Position numbers and translations under genes: made by a program. Shown here piece after piece: positions 22,301-30,280 of a stretch of DNA of 64,000 nucleotides. Numbering within the stretch: the stretch's first letter is position 1; each line of letters begins with the position of its first letter. The stretch is taken from NCBI GenBank assembly GCA_050298055.1, contig JBNKTL010000021.1, positions 22,054-86,053 on the forward strand, in the 5' to 3' direction. The DNA comes from Spirochaetota bacterium (lineage in GTDB: Bacteria; Spirochaetota; UBA4802; UBA5550). Below the pieces are notes generated by a model. The model worked only from the letters and a program-made list of their open reading frames with translations. It was not told where the DNA came from and did no database searches.

Positions 22301-22556
22301 ATTCCATGAAGAAGTTCTTTGGCAAGAGAAAACAGGGGGAATAATCCAAGGAAAAACCGGTTATGTTACCGGACTCATTAACAGAATAATTTCTGGCACC
22401 TTTATATGGGGAACTTTGCTTCTCCCGATCGTATAGAGATAACTCAAAGGGATTAATTATGTAAAATTGCTTTACATCTCTTTTGTCCGTATCTACCTTC
22501 TTTAGTTTAAAACCAAAAGTTTCTTCAATAACCTGTAGATATTCCAAATCGCTCAT
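19368..22556 (-). CDS. LRR-Roc-COR (Roco) GTPase with C-terminal TM helix
   Basis: 22-aa LRR array; P-loop GEPGAGKTT; TTRGIDV; WDFGGQ; COR-like region; terminal hydrophobic helix WFIIVASILTGIGSLITWIL. Confidence 0.93.
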   Translation of the reverse strand: MSDLEYLQVIEETFGFKLKKVDTDKRDVKQFYIINPFELSLYDREKQSSPYKGARNYSVNESGNITGFSLDYSPCFLLPKNFFMEFKNLIFLSMRSICLNDVSFLKEMGGLTFLDLSDNRNIKDFSFLKEMEGLTSLSLSSNKNIKDISFLKEMEGLISLNLSCNNISDVSFLKEMEGLTSLDLSYNNLRDVSFLKDMEGLTSLDLSYNKLSDVSFLKEMGGLTSLALSYNDLSDVSFLKEFKCLTSLDLSNSKLKYMPFPQELKRLASLSLRNNDLNDVSFLQEIEGLTSLDLSYNNLSDVSFLKEMKGLTSLDLSYNYLSDVSFLQEMEELTSLCLSYNNISDVTFLKEIKGLSSLSLRNNDISDVSFLKEMEDLTSLDLSYNYLSDVSFLQKMQGLTSLSLMNNYLSNVSFLKELKGLISLSLRNNDLSDVSFLKEMKSYNTVDLADNNIKNFESWLVENRLDIKIEDKREKKCINLYGNPLESPPLQVVKQGNDAIRKYFKDIEKEGTDYIYEAKLLILGEPGAGKTTFARKIKDKTARMPEEEETTRGIDVKKWKFIYNIYNQGEMEITVNIWDFGGQSIYKATHRFFLTHRSFYTILADARKENTDFYYWLHTVELFGEESPVLIVINEKEDRKRDLPYQKLQIRFSHLKDKKEVNFKNTDERFDNLMDKLKYEISHLKHIGDPIPANWKKVREEIAELENEKVISLKTYRELCTKHQLTVHKDQDIVCEFFNDLGIFLHFKNDDVLHRLIFVDKEWVLDAAYMILDDKSLAKKQGRFERSDIEMIFSHEYSGYVPEIIALMKKFYLVYEKDGFIIAPQMLPYDAPKYHWDNKENIQFHFEYEIFMPAGILWQFIVEMKEEIKDDLVWRFGILLDFNDTEAEVIEINEKNLIQIKVKGKRKEDIRAVIIRKIDEINRQFKKLKTKKLVPCVCERCRDSKEPYLFDYKTLINAKNAQLKIQELQCQSSFKVVKVDNLFSGIEFLEKESVGYEYYSETNPLNIAIVTPKEKKPFFKKTWFIIVASILTGIGSLITWILKNLSDLPKIKAGFKSFLDLF
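21190..22300 (-). repeat. Coding ~66-bp tandem repeats encoding the LRRs
   Basis: Recurring aaagaaacatcactta...agagaagtcag units giving LTSLDLSYNNLSDVSFLKEMEG. Confidence 0.9.
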
Positions 22557-23226
22557 ATAACTCCCTCAAACAATGAAACTCAAAATGAAATCATTCACTA
22601 CTTCCCAAGCTGAGTAGAAATAATTATATAAAAGTAAAATTTATAAATAAAAAACATACCTTATATATCCCCGCTTCTTTCAGTAGGATAGACACATTCT
22701 TGATATTAAAAAAATCTATATAAAAACACTCTTCATACTTTCGACCATCATAGAGGACTGTTTTTAACAATAAATTCAATACCCTTAAAGTGCCCGGATT
22801 ACTTATATTAACTCGTTCTCATCTGCATAAAAAAAGAGGAAAAACCACAATATTATATCACTGTAAAATAATACACCCGTCATGCTAGCTGTCAATATTA
22901 ATTCTTTCAAAGTTCCCCATCCCACTCACACATAGGTTTTAAAATAGAAATGAAATCAGGAGATGGGGTATATAGTTAAAAGACTAACACCTGTTGGGCA
23001 ACAAAACTCTGTGTTGCAACTAATTGAAGTTATAAAAAGAAAATGGGCAATTTATTTTTTTTTATGAAAATCAAAGTTCCAGATGAAAGGACAAGTTTTG
23101 ATAGAGCCGTCATGAAAAAGGCCAATCGGCATACTGCAAGAATGCCGTATACACCGATTAACCCTTCCGGCATTCGATAAGAGCATTTCTTGTGTTTGTT
23201 TTTTAGGCAAATAAAGAAATGAACAT

Positions 23227-23257
23227 CCTGTTTGTCCCGGCTCCCGGGACAAACAGG
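23227..23257. terminator. 14-bp hairpin downstream of the alpha/beta hydrolase
   Basis: cctgtttgtcccgg-ctc-ccgggacaaacagg. Confidence 0.5.
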
Positions 23258-23331
23258 CGGGTAAGACACATAAAATTACAATTCGAAATTGAAATCTCCT
23301 CACAGGTAAAATCTGTAAATAAAAGAAGGGA

Positions 23332-24387
23332 TTAAGCTTCTTTGACTATTCCATTTATGATTTCTAAAAACTTTTCGGGCTCCTCGTACATCACACCATG
23401 GGCTGAATTATCAAAAACAACGAAATTTTTTTCCGGGGCTTTTAATCCCTCAAAAAACTCCCGGGCAACCGAAAGAGGCACCTGGTTGTCAAAAGCCCCG
23501 TGAAAAAAGTAGACGGGAACTTTCACTGACTTTATCTCTTTCTGCAGTTGAATATCTCTTATATCATCATACAGGCATTTTAATGAAAATGCAGCCCCTT
23601 TCGGATAATTAAGTTTTTCTCGCAGAGAATAGACCTGGGATTTCAATATATCTTTCATCCATGGCCAGATACTCTTATCCTTATGAAACGCGGCCCCTCC
23701 AAAATAGCGCACCCACTTGAGTTTAATCCCCTTTCCTCTCTCTCCGCTGGAATGCATTTCCCGCTGTTTTCCTAATTTTTCCAGTTCTTTCACCGCACTC
23801 ATATTGTTCGCCTCTTTTGCCTGCTCCAGGACCCTCTCGTAGGTCAAAAGTTCTTCCCTTTGAACATCAGATGTCTGCGCAATGGCAAGATATGCATGAT
23901 AATCTTCAGGATACTGATGTACGGCTCTTATCCCTATGAGGCTCCCCCAGGAATGGCCCATGAGATAAATTTTTTCCTTTCCAAATTTCTCTTTAAGGTA
24001 TTGTGTCAACTCATGGGTGTCAGCTATAAATTGATTGACATTCATGCTTTCGGGAGGAGTCTCTTTTGAGAACGATTTTCCCGATCCCCTCTGGTCCCAG
24101 GAAACAACGGTAATGATATTTTCCAGATCTGAATTATACTTTAGAAGAAAAGGCGTTTCAGGTGTCCCGGGCCCCCCGTGAAGAAAGAGCAGTACAGGAT
24201 TGTTCTGATCTGCTCCGCGGATGCTTAACCATTGCTCAGAGTTTCCCAGTGTCACTTCAACCCATTTCGTAATGCTGTTTTCCAAAGGCATTCCGTTTTC
24301 ATAGGTTATTCTCGGCTGCTTTTCCCTGAAGAAGAAGGTCATTGCAATAACAAAAAATAAAGTTATGAAAAATGATATTAAATACAT
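23332..24387 (-). CDS. Alpha/beta hydrolase (proline iminopeptidase-like), N-terminal anchor
   Basis: LHGGPG, WDQRGSGKS, GHSWGS nucleophile, SAH. Confidence 0.9.
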   Translation of the reverse strand: MYLISFFITLFFVIAMTFFFREKQPRITYENGMPLENSITKWVEVTLGNSEQWLSIRGADQNNPVLLFLHGGPGTPETPFLLKYNSDLENIITVVSWDQRGSGKSFSKETPPESMNVNQFIADTHELTQYLKEKFGKEKIYLMGHSWGSLIGIRAVHQYPEDYHAYLAIAQTSDVQREELLTYERVLEQAKEANNMSAVKELEKLGKQREMHSSGERGKGIKLKWVRYFGGAAFHKDKSIWPWMKDILKSQVYSLREKLNYPKGAAFSLKCLYDDIRDIQLQKEIKSVKVPVYFFHGAFDNQVPLSVAREFFEGLKAPEKNFVVFDNSAHGVMYEEPEKFLEIINGIVKEA

Positions 24388-24476
24388 TAGAGACCTCTTG
24401 ATGGCATCATATATTTGTTGCTGATTTCAGAGTTACTCCTCATCAAATACCCGGGGGAAAAAACAATACAATTATC

Positions 24477-24569
24477 GCAACGATTCAGCTGCATGGCTAA
24501 AAGATACACACATCAGTTATCTTTTATCCATATTAAGATCACTATTTTTATACACAGCTGAGCAGTAAC
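24477..24569. mobile_element. Degenerate MITE-like element with possible 8-bp target duplication
   Basis: TIRs gcaacgattcagctgcatg / cacagctgagcagtaac; flanks caattatc / aatttatc (6 of 8 match). Confidence 0.6.
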
Positions 24570-24747
24570 AATTTATCTTTTATATATAAAACCAAATTTA
24601 TTTTGATCTGAAAGTAAAGCAAATCTTATTTTTCATAAAAATGATATCCTGAGGAATGGCAGTGAATTAAATTTTGGTATGATATACATACGAATCACCA
24701 ATAAAAATTTCCTCTTAACAAAAAATGATCCGCCTGTCAGTGGATTT

Positions 24748-26271
24748 TTACCGGTCATTTCGGCAGAAGATGTCAATGGTCTTTCCATCCACAGCGAGAA
24801 TCACATTGCCGTTTTGCAGAGTCAGGGCTTCACCTGTTTGCCAGTGCTTCAATCCTCCGCTTATCATCTTCACAACGCGCCGCGGGATGACCGACGTGTT
24901 CAGGTTCAAACGGATAGGGGCGGACATCTTCATATAGCCGTTGTTAATGATCACCAGGGCCACATCGTCCGCCGCAATGCGCAGGAACGCGTAAACCAGT
25001 TCGTCCGACCAGAGTGTTATGGTCGCACCATATTTCAAAGCGGCATTCCCCCTGCGCAGGCGGATAAGGTCCCGGGTCCACTCATAGATCTCCTGTTCCT
25101 TCCGGAACTGCTGTTTCGGATGATTGTCATCGCCGATCAGGTGCCAGGGAAAATCACGGCGCAGGTCACGGTCATCCTCCGCCTTCCATCCCTCGAGCCC
25201 GATCTCGGTTCCGTAGTAAATCTGAGGGATCCCGCGAATAGTGAAGAGAGCGCCCAGGCAGAGTTTTGTGACCCGCACTGCCCAGTCAAGCCCTTCACCC
25301 CCGCCGGTATGTTTTGTCCGGGCATGGCTCATGATGCGCCTGTCCAGGTCATGGTTATCGAGAAGTGTGACGAGGCTGTTGGCGTTCCGGTACCCGTTCC
25401 TAAAGGGATTGTCATTATCAAGCACCCCCAGCGGTTCTTCATCGTTCAGCCGGGGACGGGCGAGCCAGTATTGAAGACTTTCGTCGTAAATGAGTGTAGA
25501 CCTCAGCGCCGTGCAGAGGGGAAAGTCAAAAATTGAATCAAAGTCATGGTAGTTCTGATACTGAAGCAGCCGGGCGACGTCCTCCTTTCTCTCACACAAT
25601 ACTTCCCCGATGAGACAGATATCGGGATACTTGCCGCGGATCTGCGACTTGAAATAGTGCCAGAACTTCGGCTCAACATGTTTCACCGTATCCATGCGGA
25701 TATTGGTAACCCTGCCCCGGGTAATCCAGTCTTCGATGTTGTTGATGAAAAAGTCGAGGACCTCGGGATTATCATGATTGAGGTCCGGCAGGCCCGCCAG
25801 TTCCCCTTTGATATCCCCCGTTCCCCCCATATTGAACCAGGAGGGATCAAACTCTCCCCGGGCCCCGTATCCCACGTGGTTTACGATCATGTCAAGGACA
25901 ACCTTCATCCCCCTGGCTTCACACCGGTCAACGAATTTTCCGAAGGTCTTCATCTCCGGCGCACCGGGCAGATGGGTCCCGTCAAGGAGACGTTTGTCAA
26001 TCTGCTCAAAGTTAAGGGGCCAGTAGTAGTGGTAAGGCTCCGAGGGTCCGTTATTCCGGATATTTTCATAAACCGGGGACACCCAGATGGTGGTCACTCC
26101 CAGTTCAATGAGATAATCAAGTTTATCCAGAATACCGTCCAGAGTCCCTCCGTGGATACTCGTATCCGACGGATCGGCACTCCGTTTGTTCCTGCCGAAA
26201 AACCGGTCTGTTACAAGAAAGTAAATAACATCATCCTGGGTAACCCGTGTATTCATCATCTTATCCCCCAA
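24748..26271 (-). CDS. GH13 alpha-amylase family glycosidase
   Basis: DMIVNH, RMDTVKH, IGEV, LDNHD, GIPQIYYGTE. Confidence 0.93.
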   Translation of the reverse strand: MGDKMMNTRVTQDDVIYFLVTDRFFGRNKRSADPSDTSIHGGTLDGILDKLDYLIELGVTTIWVSPVYENIRNNGPSEPYHYYWPLNFEQIDKRLLDGTHLPGAPEMKTFGKFVDRCEARGMKVVLDMIVNHVGYGARGEFDPSWFNMGGTGDIKGELAGLPDLNHDNPEVLDFFINNIEDWITRGRVTNIRMDTVKHVEPKFWHYFKSQIRGKYPDICLIGEVLCERKEDVARLLQYQNYHDFDSIFDFPLCTALRSTLIYDESLQYWLARPRLNDEEPLGVLDNDNPFRNGYRNANSLVTLLDNHDLDRRIMSHARTKHTGGGEGLDWAVRVTKLCLGALFTIRGIPQIYYGTEIGLEGWKAEDDRDLRRDFPWHLIGDDNHPKQQFRKEQEIYEWTRDLIRLRRGNAALKYGATITLWSDELVYAFLRIAADDVALVIINNGYMKMSAPIRLNLNTSVIPRRVVKMISGGLKHWQTGEALTLQNGNVILAVDGKTIDIFCRNDR

Positions 26272-26382
26272 ATCAGAATGAATAATCTCACAGCAGCCAA
26301 GATATTTTGAAAATGTACCGTATATTACAGCTATTGGAATAATATGTAAAGAAGAAAACTTATCTTCAGGACCCCAGGGATA

Positions 26383-26457
26383 TTATAAATCCCGTATAAT
26401 TCTTGCTCCCAGAACAGCCCCGGACAACAGGATAATCGCTATCATAGCTCCCAGCAT
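26383..26457 (-). CDS. Putative 24-aa hydrophobic small protein
   Basis: GGAGG 8 nt before ATG; translates to MLGAMIAIILLSGAVLGARIIRDL. Confidence 0.45.
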   Translation of the reverse strand: MLGAMIAIILLSGAVLGARIIRDL

Positions 26458-26653
26458 TTTATAATCCTCCCAAAATAATGAAAAAAGGAATTTTTTTAAC
26501 TTCAGACCATTACATCAAAAGACCGGATGATGAGAGAAATGGTTGCAAAAAAAATACATAGCTGAATTTTAGTTGACATTATCAAATTTATGATTATTAA
26601 ATTCACACTTATAACAAGCTTGATTAAACCTCAATTGGAAAAGGGATAAAAAA

Positions 26654-29600
26654 ATGAAGTATCTTCTTCAAAAAGTGCTTATGTGTTCCATTGTACTGCT
26701 CATTTTTTTAATTGTTACCCAATCGGACGTGATTAGCGCGGAAGACCAGGACAAAATGGACATGGTAATCCAGAACGGTCATTCCCTGGGGTCGTTGAGA
26801 TTACACTATTCGCCGGATGGGAATTATATTATTACAGCAAGTAATTCACAGGTTATTATAAGAAATAATGAAGGGATCATCTTAAAAAAGATTCACGCTC
26901 ATATGGGCAGTATATACGCGCTGGCGGTTTCACCGGACGGGAAATATGTAGTAACCGGTGCAACGGATAAGATTGTGAAAATATGGAACTATTACGGAAA
27001 GCAAATTCATCAATTAAGCGGGCATACCGAAAGTATTGATAAAGTATTAATAAGCAGCGACAGCAAAGAGATTGTATCTGTGTCGAAAAATGAAATTATA
27101 ATCTGGGATTTTAAAGGGAAAATATTAAGAACTTTAAATATAAAACATCAACGAAGTATCGGGCAGGCCGGGCTGACACCCGATAAAAAGAAAATTATAA
27201 CTACTTCAGACGATGATACAATTAAAATATGGGACTCTTTTACGGGAAATTTATTAAAATCAATTCGGGTAAAGAACACAAAATCAGGTCTTGTTCTTTC
27301 TCCCGATGGGACGAAATTTTATACCTGCGCATGGAGTGATAAATTAATTGAAGTCTGGGATATAAAGGGAAACAAATTAAAAGAATTCAAAACCGGTTTT
27401 CATTCATCAAACCTTTTTATAAATAAAAAGGAAAATCTTCTTATTGCTTTGAGCGGCCAGGATTTGTATCTTCTTGATCATCAGGGGAGTGTTAAATTCA
27501 GAAAAATAAAGAAGAACAGCAGTCAGGGTAGTTTTGTGACCGCGGCATTTCATCCGAACCTTCGTAAAATTGCAGTATTTCAGGAAAAAGACAAAAATTT
27601 AAACATGGTACTGTTTAATTACAAAGGTGATGAAATATTTAAAGCAAATAAATCCATGAGCACCATGAAACGAGTTGCTTTTTTGCCGGGAACGAACCGT
27701 TTTATAACCTGGTCAACGGACAGGCGGTTCAGAATATGGGAATTGAACGGTAATCTTCATAAGTCTTTTGAACCCTACTATTATTTTTCAGTTGCTTACC
27801 CAATGGCAGTCAGTAAAAATGGGAAATACCTGGCGTTTTCATATGGCCGGCCTTTTGTCGGCAACCGGTATGTTTATATCTACACCATAAGAAACGGAAG
27901 TATCGATCGTTATATTTACAAATCAATATATGTTGATTATAAGGGAAAATATACACCCTTTGTCAAGAAACTCTCATTTCATCCCAATAACAACTGGATC
28001 GCTGTTGCAATGTCCGATGAGACGGTAAAACTTTATACTCTTCAGGGCAGGCATATAAAAACATTTGACGGACACAACGGAGAAATAACCAGCATATCAT
28101 TTTCATCAGACGGTAAACATTTTATTTCAGGAACTCCCTACCAGATAATTTTGTGGCATACCAGCGGTCGAAAAGTCAAAGAAGTAAAGAAAAAAGAATA
28201 TGTGAAATACCAGAGATTTACACCTGACGGAAAATATATTGTCTCCCTGAATGATGATAATATCCAGATCTATAGCAGATGGTTAAAGCCTCTCAAACAA
28301 TTTAATTTACAGATAAAAGAAGCATCCCAAAATTATTTTTATAAAATTTCATCATGGGCAATAAGCCCTGACAGCAAAATGATTGCCATTGGATATATGG
28401 GAGGGATGATAAAAATCTACGATTTAAAAGGGAAACTGATCAAATTCTTAAAAGGCGGGCATAAAGAAAAAATAACCGGTATTGCTTTCAGTCCCGACAA
28501 CCGGTTATTATTGACCGGGTCCTGGGATTCTACCGCCTGCATCTGGAATATTGATAATGGCAGCAGGTATACATATGTTGCCAGTAACGGGGAATGGGTA
28601 TTCTATAGTAATGACGGGTATTATGACTCGTCAAAAAACGGAGGCAATCTCGTAAAAATGGTTATGGGATTAACTCCCTACAGCATAGATCAATTCGCAA
28701 TCCGTAATAACAGGCCTGATCTCATTTTAAAAAAAACCGGGACCGGGGACCCTTCTCTCATAGACCACTACTATAACCAGTATAAGCGCCGCCTCAGAAG
28801 GTTCGGGATGTCAGAATCCGATTTAAAATCTGACTTTCATGTCCCGGAAGTTAAAATACTGGAAAAAGACATATCCGGGAAAAACGTTAATCTTGAGTTC
28901 CGGATCAGTGACACAAAATATGATTTAAGAAGCTACAATATCTATGTTAATGATGTTCCCCTCTTTGGAGCATATGGAAAGAAGGTAAGCGGACAAAAAA
29001 AAATAATCAATGAAGAGATAGAGCTCTCTGAAGGAAATAATAAAATTGAAGTCTCATGCTATAATGCTATAGGTTTTGAATCTTACCGGGCAATAACTTA
29101 TGTCGATTATCAAAAGAAAAATACGAACGATCTTTATTTTATCGGATTTGGAGTTTCTCAATATAAAAATAAGGATTTGAATTTAAAATACGCCCACAAA
29201 GATGTAACAGACCTTGCGGAAATGTTTAATAAGATGAAGGGCAAATATTACAGGAACATTTATTCCAGAACCTATCTGGACAACAGGGTGACACGGAAAA
29301 ATATTCGTGAAGCAAAAGATTTATTGAGCAAAGCAGGTGTGGATGATACATTCGTTCTTTTTATTGCAGGGCATGGTGTTCATGACGTTGATAAAGCAAG
29401 CACCTATTACTTTTTGACACATGATACCGATATCAATAACCTTTCCGGAACTGCCGCACCCTTTGAAATGATTGAAAGTCTTTTACTGGATATTAAACCG
29501 CGAAAAAAATTATTTTTAATGGACACCTGCGAATCAGGGGAACTTGAAGATAATCAGGAAATGAATTATTATAAATCGGCAGGAACCAGGGGGATAAAGC

Positions 29601-29968
29601 CCAGGGCCGTCAGAGCTTTTAAATTAAAAAAATTAAGAAAGAAAAAAAAGAGAACATATATTCTGCAAAGGAACAGGTATATTTATAATGACCTTATCAG
29701 GCGTTCAGGGGCCATTGTGTTTTCATCATCCAGGGGCGGTGAATTTTCCTATGAAAAAGACAGTCTGCAAAATGGCTTATTTACCGAAGAGATATTGGAA
29801 AGTATTTATTCGGGAACCGCTGACAAAAACAGGGACGGTCTTATAACATCCGATGAGTTAAGGGATTATGTATCAAGAAGGGTCTCCAGCATGAGCAGTG
29901 AACTTCAGCATCCAACTGTTGACAGGGACAACATCCATCAAAAAATTCTGTTTCCCTCTATTAAATAA
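26654..29968 (+). CDS. Secreted WD40-repeat protein with C-terminal caspase (peptidase C14) domain
   Basis: Signal peptide; many WD40 repeats (SPDG...TG..D..VKIW); catalytic dyad IAGHG and MDTCESG. Confidence 0.92.
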   Translation: MKYLLQKVLMCSIVLLIFLIVTQSDVISAEDQDKMDMVIQNGHSLGSLRLHYSPDGNYIITASNSQVIIRNNEGIILKKIHAHMGSIYALAVSPDGKYVVTGATDKIVKIWNYYGKQIHQLSGHTESIDKVLISSDSKEIVSVSKNEIIIWDFKGKILRTLNIKHQRSIGQAGLTPDKKKIITTSDDDTIKIWDSFTGNLLKSIRVKNTKSGLVLSPDGTKFYTCAWSDKLIEVWDIKGNKLKEFKTGFHSSNLFINKKENLLIALSGQDLYLLDHQGSVKFRKIKKNSSQGSFVTAAFHPNLRKIAVFQEKDKNLNMVLFNYKGDEIFKANKSMSTMKRVAFLPGTNRFITWSTDRRFRIWELNGNLHKSFEPYYYFSVAYPMAVSKNGKYLAFSYGRPFVGNRYVYIYTIRNGSIDRYIYKSIYVDYKGKYTPFVKKLSFHPNNNWIAVAMSDETVKLYTLQGRHIKTFDGHNGEITSISFSSDGKHFISGTPYQIILWHTSGRKVKEVKKKEYVKYQRFTPDGKYIVSLNDDNIQIYSRWLKPLKQFNLQIKEASQNYFYKISSWAISPDSKMIAIGYMGGMIKIYDLKGKLIKFLKGGHKEKITGIAFSPDNRLLLTGSWDSTACIWNIDNGSRYTYVASNGEWVFYSNDGYYDSSKNGGNLVKMVMGLTPYSIDQFAIRNNRPDLILKKTGTGDPSLIDHYYNQYKRRLRRFGMSESDLKSDFHVPEVKILEKDISGKNVNLEFRISDTKYDLRSYNIYVNDVPLFGAYGKKVSGQKKIINEEIELSEGNNKIEVSCYNAIGFESYRAITYVDYQKKNTNDLYFIGFGVSQYKNKDLNLKYAHKDVTDLAEMFNKMKGKYYRNIYSRTYLDNRVTRKNIREAKDLLSKAGVDDTFVLFIAGHGVHDVDKASTYYFLTHDTDINNLSGTAAPFEMIESLLLDIKPRKKLFLMDTCESGELEDNQEMNYYKSAGTRGIKPRAVRAFKLKKLRKKKKRTYILQRNRYIYNDLIRRSGAIVFSSSRGGEFSYEKDSLQNGLFTEEILESIYSGTADKNRDGLITSDELRDYVSRRVSSMSSELQHPTVDRDNIHQKILFPSIK

Positions 29969-30280
29969 TATTTATTCCTTGACTCTTTTATCGCACCTGT
30001 CCAGACAATTTCGATAACTCTCCTCGCGACGTTTTCACATTTACTCATATCAGGGGCAAAAAAGCTTTTGCATGATAAAAAATTTGAGCCAGAAAAAATT
30101 ATTATAAAAAGCATGAATTTTATGATGGTTTTATGCATTGATTTCCTCAATAATTTATAATTGTGACAACAAGACCCTATAATTCCAGTACAGGATGTCA
30201 ATGGAATTTTTCTGTTCAAAAAAGAACATACCTGCCAAAGAGTTCTGTAAAAAAGCATTTACATATTTAATGATGAGAAT

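Noticed and set aside
19368..22556. Diversity-generating retroelement target
   Set aside because: No reverse transcriptase or separate template repeat was seen in the window.
24679..26310. Long plus-strand ORFs of 285 and 254 aa
   Set aside because: Antisense shadows of the GH13 gene with no recognisable motifs.
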